A model generated the notes under the pieces. That model was not told where the DNA came from. It saw only the letters and a program-made list of their open reading frames with translations, and ran no database searches. Of a stretch of DNA of 20,000 nt, positions 6,407 to 16,300 are shown one piece after another. Within the stretch, counting starts at the first letter, position 1, and each line of letters begins with the position of its first letter. A program made the translations under genes and the position numbers. This stretch comes from an uncultured virus (IMG/VR IMGVR_UViG_3300030450_003626) (Duplodnaviria; Heunggongvirae; Uroviricota; Caudoviricetes), in IMG/VR virus record IMGVR_UViG_3300030450_003626; one strand, 5' to 3'.

Positions 6407-9124
6407 ATGACTACACCTCCAGCACAGTTTATTGAGCAAGAATATGATACTGGACAATTTGATGCTACCGAGTATCTTAAACAAAATCCAGACGTAGCTA
6501 GTCATTATCATTTTGGTTCCCGTGCTTATGATCATTATCAAAGACACGGTAAAGGAGAAGGACGGAAACATCCTACCATTAAAAAAACACGGCAAGTAGA
6601 AAATCCTGCCTATTCTCAGTGGCTATCTTCAAATCCTGATTATAGACCTTTTACTGGCGCTCCTACGCCTACTCCTACTGCTGCTAAACCCGCTGTTTCT
6701 GCACCTAAACGTATTAATCCTGAAGCAGTTTATACTCCACATACTATAGACTATTATCAAGGTAAAATTACATACGGTGATTGGGTAAGTAGACAGCTAG
6801 ATATGGAAGGTGTTTTTGATGTCGAAGAACGGCAATCAGCACAATTTGATGGTCATTGGGATGTTGGGCAATACAGTCTATCTGACAGCAATCCTGAAGT
6901 AGACCCTTTAACTGGTTTAGCATATACTAGAGGAAATTTTAATGCTATTAATAGAGCGAATATTGTTGAAAATGAAAAGAAAAAATATATAGAACTTATT
7001 AAAGCATCGCAACAAAATGCCTCTACCGCTCCCGCCAGTACTAATACTGCTACTCAAACAACTGAATCTACCGCTCCTACTGCTACTGCTGGTGAGTGGT
7101 TGAAAAAACGATATGATGATATTTTAAAAAATACAACTGATACAGGGGAAAAACCAGTGAGCTTACTTGATCATAAAACAATTACATCTCTACCACAATT
7201 TATTGTAGAAGAATATGATACTGGAGAATTTGATCAGGCTGAATACCTTAGACAAAATCCAGATGTAGCTGCGGATAGTTGGTACGGTTCCCGTCCAGCC
7301 GCTCATTGGCAATATTTTGGACAAAACGAAGGACGAGCATACCCTACTATTAAAAAAACACGACAAGTAGAAAATCCTAATTATACTGCTGCGCCACAGA
7401 CTACACCGGCTGGAGAAACGACTATGCCTACTGCTACCTCTACTGCTACTCCTACAACTGCTTCTTCTGAACCACAGATTATGGACGAATCTACAGGAGT
7501 TAATGTAGGTTTAGGAAAACAAATACGAGATCAGCAAGCTTTAGGTGCCGGTAATATTTTAACAACAACAGGTGCTACTGGGGTTGATCCACAAACAGGA
7601 CTATTTGATCCTTCTAAAGTAGAGATGTTGTATGATCCTGTTCAATTTACAGTTAAAGACGAAGAATTAAGAACAACAGAAGATAAATTAATACAGGTTC
7701 CTTCAGTAACAGCACCTGAAGACATCTCAGAAGTACAAGAAACTTTTGTTACGCCTGAAGAAGCTTCTTTAGTTAATAATATAGAAAGAACTTATTCAAA
7801 TGTTCCTACTGCTGTTGCTGCACAAGGAGAAATTACATCTTTTGATGTTATTGATCCTAATCAGATTGTAGACGAACGTACAAAAACAGAAATGTTTGAG
7901 CGAGGAAGTCTAGCTGAAGCAAAAACACAAACACTGGCTGAAGAAGCTTCTACAGCTTATCAGATTGAACAGCTTACTAAAGGAATAGAAACAGGTAAAT
8001 TCCCACCGTGGGCAGCACCTACCGTTCGTAAAGCAAACGAGATAATGAACCAAAGAGGATTAGGTGCTTCTAGTATGGCAGCGGCAGCGGTTGCTCAAGC
8101 TATTATGGAATCTGCTATACCTATCGCCAATTCTGATGCTCAAAAAGCTGCAACGCTTCAGATTCAAAATCTTAATAACCAACAACAAACTGCTTTAGCT
8201 AACGCTGCTGCTATCGCTGCTATGGATCGTCAGAATCTTGACAACAGAATGAAAGCTGCACAACAAAACGCTCAGTCTTTTTTACAGATGAATTTGCAAA
8301 ATGTTACGCAAGAACAAGCTGCTGTACTGGCAACTCATCAATCTACTGTACAGTCTTTATTTAGTGATCAAGCTGCTGAAAATGCAAGATTACAATTTAA
8401 CGCTACTTCTCAAAATCAAGTAAATCAATTTTATGATCAACTCGGGTTGACTGCTGCTGAAAATAATGCTAATAGAGATGTTGCTATTCAAAAATTTAAT
8501 AGTGAAGAACAAACAGCAGTAAATGAATTTAATACTAATTTAGAAAATTCAAGACAAGCATTTAATGCTAATATGCAGAATGTTATTGATCAATCAAATA
8601 TAAGTTGGAGAAGAAGTATAAACACAACTAATACTAATAATGATAACATAGCTGCTCAACAGAACGCTCAAGTTCTTTTAGGACTTACGGTTCAAGCACA
8701 AAATAATTTGTGGCAAGAGTATAGAGATGTGGCTCATCAACTTTTTGCTTCGTATGAAAACGATAGACAAAGGACTCACGATATTGTTGTTCAAGGTATT
8801 AAGCATCAATTTACTTCTGATCAATTTCAAAATATGTTAGACTATAGAGCTTCTGTAGAAGCAGGAAAAGCAACGAGTGGTTATGTTGATAAAATATTAG
8901 GACCAGTTATTAATAGAGGTGCTTCAGAATTAGCAAAATCTCTTTTTGGTAATAATGATGATAAAGAATTAGAACTTCTTACAGTTGATACTTTTAATCC
9001 CGACTACAGTCCTGCTATGGATACTTTATTTGATTTTGGTGGTGAAACATATGATTACAATGAACCTATACCAGAATGGGAATGGGACTGGGATCAGTAT
9101 TCAGATGCGTTTGATTTTGGATGA
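6407..9124 (+). CDS. Putative internal virion / ejection protein (905 aa) with a duplicated N-terminal module
   Basis: Two 63-aa repeats with P/T/A-rich linkers, then PPWAAP...MNQRGLGASSMAAAAVAQAIMESAIPIA and a long Q/N/A-rich helical region like DNA pilot/ejection proteins. Function is inferred from composition and position. Confidence 0.6.
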   Translation: MTTPPAQFIEQEYDTGQFDATEYLKQNPDVASHYHFGSRAYDHYQRHGKGEGRKHPTIKKTRQVENPAYSQWLSSNPDYRPFTGAPTPTPTAAKPAVSAPKRINPEAVYTPHTIDYYQGKITYGDWVSRQLDMEGVFDVEERQSAQFDGHWDVGQYSLSDSNPEVDPLTGLAYTRGNFNAINRANIVENEKKKYIELIKASQQNASTAPASTNTATQTTESTAPTATAGEWLKKRYDDILKNTTDTGEKPVSLLDHKTITSLPQFIVEEYDTGEFDQAEYLRQNPDVAADSWYGSRPAAHWQYFGQNEGRAYPTIKKTRQVENPNYTAAPQTTPAGETTMPTATSTATPTTASSEPQIMDESTGVNVGLGKQIRDQQALGAGNILTTTGATGVDPQTGLFDPSKVEMLYDPVQFTVKDEELRTTEDKLIQVPSVTAPEDISEVQETFVTPEEASLVNNIERTYSNVPTAVAAQGEITSFDVIDPNQIVDERTKTEMFERGSLAEAKTQTLAEEASTAYQIEQLTKGIETGKFPPWAAPTVRKANEIMNQRGLGASSMAAAAVAQAIMESAIPIANSDAQKAATLQIQNLNNQQQTALANAAAIAAMDRQNLDNRMKAAQQNAQSFLQMNLQNVTQEQAAVLATHQSTVQSLFSDQAAENARLQFNATSQNQVNQFYDQLGLTAAENNANRDVAIQKFNSEEQTAVNEFNTNLENSRQAFNANMQNVIDQSNISWRRSINTTNTNNDNIAAQQNAQVLLGLTVQAQNNLWQEYRDVAHQLFASYENDRQRTHDIVVQGIKHQFTSDQFQNMLDYRASVEAGKATSGYVDKILGPVINRGASELAKSLFGNNDDKELELLTVDTFNPDYSPAMDTLFDFGGETYDYNEPIPEWEWDWDQYSDAFDFG
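6425..7384 (+). repeat. Two equal-length 189-nt (63-aa) repeats at 6425-6613 and 7196-7384
   Basis: QFIEQEYDTGQFDATEYLKQNPDVASHYHFGSRAYDHYQRHGKGEGRKHPTIKKTRQVENPAY aligns without gaps to QFIVEEYDTGEFDQAEYLRQNPDVAADSWYGSRPAAHWQYFGQNEGRAYPTIKKTRQVENPNY. Confidence 0.95.
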
Positions 9125-9160
9125 ATGGGATGAGTATGCAGATGCGTTTTGATTTTTGAT
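9089..9160 (+). repeat. Imperfect tandem direct repeat (37-nt period) spanning the stop codon of the 905-aa gene
   Basis: TGGGATCAGTATTCAGATGCGTTTGATTTTGGAT (9089-9122) versus TGGGATGAGTATGCAGATGCGTTTTGATTTTTGAT (9126-9160). Confidence 0.85.
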
Positions 9161-9177
9161 TTAGTTTACAATATGAT
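9149..9177 (+). promoter_or_regulatory. Possible sigma70-type promoter
   Basis: TTGATT (9149-9154), a 17-nt spacer, then TATGAT (9172-9177), in the longest intergenic gap of the operon and upstream of RBS AGGAG. The AT-rich context makes a chance match plausible. Confidence 0.3.
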
Positions 9178-9201
9178 GAAGAAAAAACAGGAGATTAAAT
9201 A

Positions 9202-9639
9202 ATGAGTGTTTTATCGGGTATAGGATATACATTATTAGATTACGGTGCAAGGGCAGCAGCAGGAACAGTAGGAAGTGCTGCTGGAAATGCGCTTGCTAAT
9301 GCTTTATTCGGAGAAGATGACAACCAACAACAACAACAACAACAACCGGCTGCTCCTCAAGTACCTACACAATCTTCAAGAAGCAATGATGAAGCTGAAT
9401 TGAGATATTTAGAAAGTCAAGTTCCTAAAGGTGAAGGGTTTATAACAGGTGTAGCTGTTCAACCAGCAAGACAAAAAACTACTGAAAATCAATCTTTAAT
9501 TCAAGCATTGTATAAGAATGTGCTAACTAGCCCTCCTGCTACGCCCAAGTTAGTGAATGAAGCTATACAAGTAAGTGGTGCTTCTGCTATTTCTTCTGGT
9601 AGAAATACAAAAGCTTTACAGAAATTATTAAAAACTTAA
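9202..9639 (+). CDS. Small putative internal virion protein (145 aa)
   Basis: RBS AGGAG; Gly/Ala-rich N-terminal helix (GARAAAGTVGSAAGNALANALFG) as in small ejection proteins; poly-Q encoded by (CAA)7 at 9325-9345. Confidence 0.55.
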   Translation: MSVLSGIGYTLLDYGARAAAGTVGSAAGNALANALFGEDDNQQQQQQQPAAPQVPTQSSRSNDEAELRYLESQVPKGEGFITGVAVQPARQKTTENQSLIQALYKNVLTSPPATPKLVNEAIQVSGASAISSGRNTKALQKLLKT

Positions 9640-9655
9640 ATATTGGAGAATGTAA

Positions 9656-10171
9656 GTGGTTAAACTTGAAGACAATCCTTTTGGGTCAGCCCCTATTCCC
9701 GGTCAATCTTTAACAGCAGAACCGGGTAAATTTCCTTATGAAAAACCTCCTATGTATGCAAATGCAATGGAAGCTTTTTTATCTATAAAATCCTCTTTAT
9801 ATGGAAATAGAGAAGATGTACAATACTTAGCTAAAATTATAGATTCAGGAATAACGTGTGAGACTTTAGCATCTTCTATTGTTCTTAGTGGGTTTACAAA
9901 AGGAGCGTTTAATCCCGATGTTTGTGAAATAATAAAACCATTTATAGCTCTTGAAATATATAAAATAGCTGATATGGCTGGTGTAACTAATATAGTCTTA
10001 TTAAATAAACCATTAGAAGATAAAGTTTATAGAGATGAAGATATTTTAGAAAGTTTTAAAATATCAACAGGTCATAAAAGTACAATAAAAAATAGAAAGA
10101 TCGATGCTCTTATTAAACAAACTTTAAGTAAAGAGCATACTGATGGTTTTATGGATAAAGGAGAAATTTAA
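9656..10171 (+). CDS. Hypothetical protein, possibly virion-associated (171 aa, GTG start)
   Basis: GGAG 7 nt before GTG; the APIPGQSLTAEPGKFPYEKPP motif is one I recall from marine phage late regions; TAATG-coupled to the next gene. Confidence 0.7.
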   Translation: MVKLEDNPFGSAPIPGQSLTAEPGKFPYEKPPMYANAMEAFLSIKSSLYGNREDVQYLAKIIDSGITCETLASSIVLSGFTKGAFNPDVCEIIKPFIALEIYKIADMAGVTNIVLLNKPLEDKVYRDEDILESFKISTGHKSTIKNRKIDALIKQTLSKEHTDGFMDKGEI

Positions 10172-13100
10172 TGGGCTTTATGGAGAAAGTACTAGATATT
10201 GTTGTTCCAACAGGGAGTCCTAAAGTTACAGGATTTACTCATGGTTTTTATAAAGGAATAAATGATTCTGAACGGGATAAGCTTGCTGCGTATGCACAAC
10301 AAGAAGCAGCAAGAAAAAAACAAGAAGCGGAGATGGCTAGATTAAAACTTGAACAAACAGCATTAGACAAAAGAAAACAAAAAGAACTTGACCATAAAAC
10401 CAAAGAGGGTAAGTTAGATAGGGGTAATGTACTCGACGCTGCAAAAATCAAAATTCAAGCTGAATTGTTGCGTCACAATCAACAACAAGCTCTTACTGCC
10501 CAACAAAATCTCATAACTGGAATAACAAGTGGAGATTTAGGTGTCAAAGATTCAGACTATATAACTAAAGACGGTTGGGTAGTAGGGCCTTTAGCTCAAC
10601 AAATAGTTTTTTATCCAAGATATTTAAGAAAACCAAATGGGTCGTTTTGGAGAAATGACGCAGGGGCTTTGATTGAAAATCCTGATTATGTAAGAGGAAG
10701 AGATAATCTTAGATCAATTATTCAATCTGCTTCCAAAAATAAGGCAAAATTTAATGAATATAAAGATTTTCCTGAAGCTTATAATTTATGGATGCTTACA
10801 GGAACCAAAGAGAGTTTTAAAGATTGGATATTAACATATAGAAAACAACCAACTCGTCTTATACAAGAATATAACAAGTATGAACAACAAGAAATAGATA
10901 ATGGTCGTACACCAATGAGTTTTGAAAAATTTTGGCGTACGGAATCAACTAAATCTGCTTCAAAAGATGACAGAGAGTATAACTTGAAGATTTATAAAGA
11001 ATATCTAGATGGAGACGGAGTTAATATTTGGTTAAAAAATGAAGATGGACACTACGTAAGGGACGATAAGGGTAGAAAAATAGTTACTGGTAATACTAGC
11101 CATATAATTACAACAGCTATGGATAACGGACATAAACTAACCAAAGCAGAAATATATCAAATTGCTGTTCAATTTGATGCTGCAAAACAGGCTAAAATGA
11201 ACGGGCAGAATGAAAAAAGTAAATCTGTGCGATATGGCACAATGCCTGTAATTGGAACTCTTTTTAGGACTAATAGTGCTTATGAGAATAAAATATTTTA
11301 TTATGGAGATACAAAAAATTCTGGTGATGTTTCAAAATATACACCACAACAAGCTTCACAAGTTATGCGTGATATGAAAGATGTTATTCTTGCAATGCCG
11401 TTTAATCGTGGTATGAGAACGGAACACAATGAAACAGACAGATTGATACATTTTTTTGACGCGGGTGGTGACGTTGGTGGTTTTAACAAAAGCGAAAGAA
11501 CAGCATTTCTTGTACAGTTTGCAAAGTTAGGCAAAGCTTTATCTGAACCACAAAAAATTACTAGAGATAATCGTGTAACTACATTGTATCCCAGTACTGA
11601 ACGAAATATGCCTCATATAATGAGTGTTTTAAAAAAGCTTGCTCCAAATACTCATATGCTTTTAAAAAATAATAGTGGTGAAAATACTATTTCAATTGAA
11701 GTAGAAACGACTAAGGGACAAACAACACAGTTATTCACTCATATTGATAATGGTGATGCTTCTGAGCCACTTGTAAAATCTATAGTAATGATGAAGACAT
11801 TTTTAAATAATAATAGCAATTTGAAACCCTACGCAGACAGGCTACTTCGTCAAGATACGTTGTCTTATGAAGATTATAAAGAAATGGGTAGACTTATCGT
11901 AAACGCTGATTATAAAGATAATCCAGCTTTAGAAGAAATGTTTAGGGATAATCCTTTTATGTTTATACCTTATTTTCAAGCTGCTGGTTATGGAAACTTT
12001 CAAAAAAAAGTAGGCCCAGTAGATACAACAGTTACCAAACTAAAAACATTAGGAAAACCTAGAAAGAATTCTGACCATAAAGTTTTTTATGATAAGAGAC
12101 AAAAGAAAAAAAGAGCTTTACAAGATACTAAAGCTATGGTTGCAGACATGATAACAACTCAGGATTATTTAACAGGTGGTGAAACTGTAAGCATGGACGA
12201 TGCTACTCTTTATCAAGCAATAGATAATTTAGGAGAACTTGCTGCTACTACGACAGGAAGTAATCTTGTTAAAGGTATATCCTCAACAGTTGAAAGTTTA
12301 GTTACTGGACTAAAAACTTTTGTTTTTGAATTTGAACAAGATAAATTTAATTTATCACAATTAAATGCTACACTTTCATCACAAATTGGTCAGAACGATA
12401 TTAATCTTGATGAAAAAGCAAATGCTGAATTTAAAAGAAGCAAAGAAATTTTTGACAAAAAAACAGAACAAATTAAATTAAGCACTTCTGAAAAGAGTAG
12501 TCAGCGTACACAACAAATGAAAGCTGCAAGACATAGGCTAGGTTTAAGATCAGCTATGACTTTTAAAAAGATAGCTTTAACTTATAAATTAGCAGGATTA
12601 GTTCAAGGAGATCAAACTGGCGGTAGAACTATTTCTAATGAAGATTTTCATCAAGTATATAGTGCTTTATGGTCTGGTGGAGAAGTAGGAAATAGAGCAG
12701 TTTTGGGAGATTTATCAAACGATTTAAAATTAAGAATCCAAAAAGAACAAGCTTATGATTTATTGCACGAAATGCACGGAACAGGAGTTAGTACTACGAT
12801 TGAAGATACTATTGACAGTATATTTGAAGATAGAAGAAAAGAGTTTTATATAAGAACTGGAAACAATACTATATCTGCTCAAACTTTTCTCAGAATTGCA
12901 AAAGGAGGTGAAAAAGTTAGAGCTAATTATATTATTTCAGGACAAGAAGAGATAAAAACACTTGATACATTTAATCCTAATAGTATAAACAGAAAATTAA
13001 AAACTGTTGTGAATGAAGAAACACTAAGAAATTTTGCTAGATACATTCACTCTGTATCTATTGATGGTAACGCATACGAAGTGTTTAATATAAAAAAAGA

Positions 13101-13320
13101 TGGTTATAGAATGTATAATGGTGCTGTAACACAAATTGTTAGAAATGCTTATCGTATTTATGACGGAAAAGAAATTCGTGACAAAGCACTAACTACTGAT
13201 GATTTAAATAAATTAGTAGATGGATTAACATTTAGTAATCTTAAAGACACGTATACAAGGGATAACTCTTTTATAAAAAATTATTTAAAAGATATAATAA
13301 ACACAATAGATAAGAGGTAA
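10171..13320 (+). CDS. Large putative internal virion protein (1049 aa)
   Basis: RBS AAAGGAG; N-terminal GFTHGFYKG then a charged coiled coil; late LTYKLAGLVQGDQTGGRTISNEDF motif. No catalytic motif recognised; function inferred from synteny. Confidence 0.6.
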   Translation: MGFMEKVLDIVVPTGSPKVTGFTHGFYKGINDSERDKLAAYAQQEAARKKQEAEMARLKLEQTALDKRKQKELDHKTKEGKLDRGNVLDAAKIKIQAELLRHNQQQALTAQQNLITGITSGDLGVKDSDYITKDGWVVGPLAQQIVFYPRYLRKPNGSFWRNDAGALIENPDYVRGRDNLRSIIQSASKNKAKFNEYKDFPEAYNLWMLTGTKESFKDWILTYRKQPTRLIQEYNKYEQQEIDNGRTPMSFEKFWRTESTKSASKDDREYNLKIYKEYLDGDGVNIWLKNEDGHYVRDDKGRKIVTGNTSHIITTAMDNGHKLTKAEIYQIAVQFDAAKQAKMNGQNEKSKSVRYGTMPVIGTLFRTNSAYENKIFYYGDTKNSGDVSKYTPQQASQVMRDMKDVILAMPFNRGMRTEHNETDRLIHFFDAGGDVGGFNKSERTAFLVQFAKLGKALSEPQKITRDNRVTTLYPSTERNMPHIMSVLKKLAPNTHMLLKNNSGENTISIEVETTKGQTTQLFTHIDNGDASEPLVKSIVMMKTFLNNNSNLKPYADRLLRQDTLSYEDYKEMGRLIVNADYKDNPALEEMFRDNPFMFIPYFQAAGYGNFQKKVGPVDTTVTKLKTLGKPRKNSDHKVFYDKRQKKKRALQDTKAMVADMITTQDYLTGGETVSMDDATLYQAIDNLGELAATTTGSNLVKGISSTVESLVTGLKTFVFEFEQDKFNLSQLNATLSSQIGQNDINLDEKANAEFKRSKEIFDKKTEQIKLSTSEKSSQRTQQMKAARHRLGLRSAMTFKKIALTYKLAGLVQGDQTGGRTISNEDFHQVYSALWSGGEVGNRAVLGDLSNDLKLRIQKEQAYDLLHEMHGTGVSTTIEDTIDSIFEDRRKEFYIRTGNNTISAQTFLRIAKGGEKVRANYIISGQEEIKTLDTFNPNSINRKLKTVVNEETLRNFARYIHSVSIDGNAYEVFNIKKDGYRMYNGAVTQIVRNAYRIYDGKEIRDKALTTDDLNKLVDGLTFSNLKDTYTRDNSFIKNYLKDIINTIDKR

Positions 13321-13323
13321 TTT

Positions 13324-16300
13324 ATGTCCGATAGTCCTTTAAATCTTGATCGTAAAACAACAACTAAAGTTACTGACACTCGTTCTGGTCAGAGTGTTAT
13401 TGTTCCCAAGCAACGTGGCATGGATAAGACAGGTGATCCTAGACTAACGGCTCAACCATCTACAGGTATTCTTGGAAATGTTTCAGAAGATGATGTACTT
13501 CGTTTTTTAGAGCAAAGAACATCTCCTTCTGATAAGGGTGCTTTAAATCCTAGTGTACCTATTATAGGACAAAGTGACGACAATGTTTCAGAAGAGGAAA
13601 TAAATAATTTTTTAGAAGGTACTACTACTCCCACTACTCCTACTCCTACTCCTACTACTCCTACTACTCCTACTACTCCTACTACTGAAGTAGAACCGTA
13701 TAGAGATCGTGTTATTCGGAATACGGTCGCTTCTGCTTCTCAAGGAATTGTTAATAGTATTGAATTTGGTTTACATACTGTACCAAAATTAGGATATTTT
13801 CTTCCTGATTTAATTTCATCATCAACTGGCTTTAGTCCGTTGGATAAAAACAATCAAATTTTTGAATATGAAGGTTCTATTCTTCCTGCTTTATGGAGAA
13901 AGTGGAATAACAACGAAACTAAACAAGATAAAGATGTTTTTGAGAACTTTAAATCTGAATGGGATGAAATAGGTAAATCTTTTATTGGACAGTACTGGCT
14001 TGAACCAGTTTCAAACTTTCTTGATCCTTTAAAAAATTCTCTTGTAGTTCCTAAAAGTCAAATGAAAGCTATCTATCCTGCAATAACTTTAGGAACTGAA
14101 GTGTTAACACCATTTGCAGGCGTTGTTGGAGGTGCTCAAAAAGCAATAGTTGCTGGTCATAACATTAGAAGAGGCATAGAAGTATACAGAACTATTACAC
14201 AGCCTCCTAGATTATTTCGTGATGCTTCTAAAATTGATGCAGGATACCCGATTCCATCAGGAGTGCAATATACTGGTAGAGAAGCTTTAAGAACAGCACT
14301 TATAGAGTCCTTACAATTTAGAGGAAAACCTATTAAAAAAGTATCTGAAATGAAAAATATCCATGAAGTTATCGATAGTATAGATGATGTATTGGACCCA
14401 AGATTAGAAAGAGCTTTAGTTTTTAGAGACGCTATAAATAATATTATTAATAAACATAGTGGTTTAACAAGAGAAACAGTAAGAAAACGTCAAATAGCAA
14501 ACTATAATAATGCTGTTATTGCTGGAGGAGTGATAACGGGGTATACAATCAGTGCTAATTGGACCGATGATGAACTATATAGAAGTCTTTGGGGCATTGC
14601 TGCTGGCATTCCTATAGGGTTACCCAGAACAAAATGGAAAGGTGTTTCAGGGCAGACTAGAGCTTTGGCAAAAGGCAAAATATGGAGATATGATCCCGGT
14701 TCTTTTCAATCTAATCTAACACAAAAAGCTGCTTCTCTTACCTATGCTGCAGCAGGAAAACTTGCTACTACATTTTATGGCGGTATTTCTCCGAGAAATT
14801 GGAAAAGAATATTTTCAGAAGACCCCGATACTTTTGTGGAACTTCTTTCTAAAAGTAAAAAGAATTCCTTTTTAAAAGTTTTAATAGGAGCAAATTTCAA
14901 CCAATCACCAGAGACAATTTTAAAAACTTTTAAAGCAGGAAGAAAAGAAGCTCAACGTGCTTTAAAAATACATGAATTAGTAAAAAAAGACTATGATGAG
15001 CTTGCTAAAAGATTCGAAAATTTAGATTCGCAATTTGAAAAAGCTGGTTTTGAAGTTGGAACAAATGTAGCAAAACCTGAAGCACTTGAAAAAATTAAAA
15101 TACAAATGAAAAAAGATTTGGATGCTAAGGAACGTAAATTAAAAAGTTTAGAAAAACAATATACTGATAGTGGAACTTTAGTAAAAAATGAAAAAACTGG
15201 TAAAATAGAAGGTAATTCGTGGAATTTAATTGATAAGCTTGTTTTAAAACCTAAAGAACATTCTAAAGCTATTTCTGCTTTAGCAACTTCTTTATCTCAA
15301 ACTCAATATAAAGAGCATATGTTAAATCTTGAAAATTCTTTAAAAAGTATTTTTAAATTATCTTCTGAAACAGGATTGGACGTAAACACGTTGCTTATGT
15401 CAGTAGGTAATTTAGCACATGCGTCAGTATTTAGCCAGTTCGCAGAATCTACTCTAAAAAAGGTTAATACAAGTTTTATGGAAGGCGGGATGAGCAAAGA
15501 AAAACAATTAATAAATATGTTAAATAATGAAATTAATGCTTATCTAAAGGCTGACAGAGAAGCTACTAATGCTGTAATTGAAATTTTAGAAAATATAACT
15601 CCTAACGAAAAAAATTGGAGTGAAGAAACAAGAAGATTTGTATATACTTTAAGAAAGTTAGTTGACGATAAAGTAAGTTCTGGTAAAGATTTAGATGAAT
15701 ACAAAAAAGTTTTAACGGATGCTATAAATCAAGGTGATACTACTAGAGTTGATGCACACGCAACATGGGCTAGGCAAGCAACAGATGAAAAAGATGGTGT
15801 TACAACTGAACAAAGTCCTGAAAAGTATTTTGATATAAAAGGAGAAAAGAAAGAGGAACTAGGTAATGTAATAAAAAGTATTGCAGATTTTCATTTACAA
15901 ACTTATAAAAGTAAGGTAGATGAACTTTATGAAACAGCTAAAATAGGATTTTTAAGCGCTAAAGAAGGTAGTGTTCTTCCTAAATTATGGTTAAAATATA
16001 ATAAACGAGATGACGATTTAGTTACTCCTTTATTAGTTAGTTTTAATCCTGTAGATAGTTTTAGAAAAACAAGCGTAAGCCCCTTATCTTCAGATCAAAA
16101 ACAAATATTCTCAAATCTATCAAAAGTTTTTTATGGAAATACAGATTTGTTAGAAACTACAGGTATTAATATTGTTAAATTAACTAAAGAAATGCGTGAT
16201 AATGCTTTGCGTCAAGGATCGAAAGAATACTCACAAGTTAATTCTAAATTTATAGAGGACAACTATCTTGAACCATATATAGAAAAAGCATATTCTAACA

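Noticed and set aside
6425..7384. The two 189-nt repeats as a diversity-generating retroelement TR/VR pair
   Set aside because: Differences are not confined to adenines, both copies are in-frame coding sequence, and no reverse transcriptase is visible.
9089..9160. C-terminal repeat as a DGR VR/TR pair
   Set aside because: It is too short, the mismatches are C/G, T/G and G/T plus an indel rather than adenine-specific, and there is no reverse transcriptase.
9650..9658. ATG-TAA start-stop minigene directly before the GTG start of the 171-aa gene
   Set aside because: GGAG is only 1 nt from the ATG but 7 nt from the GTG, so initiation at the GTG is far more plausible; probably chance.
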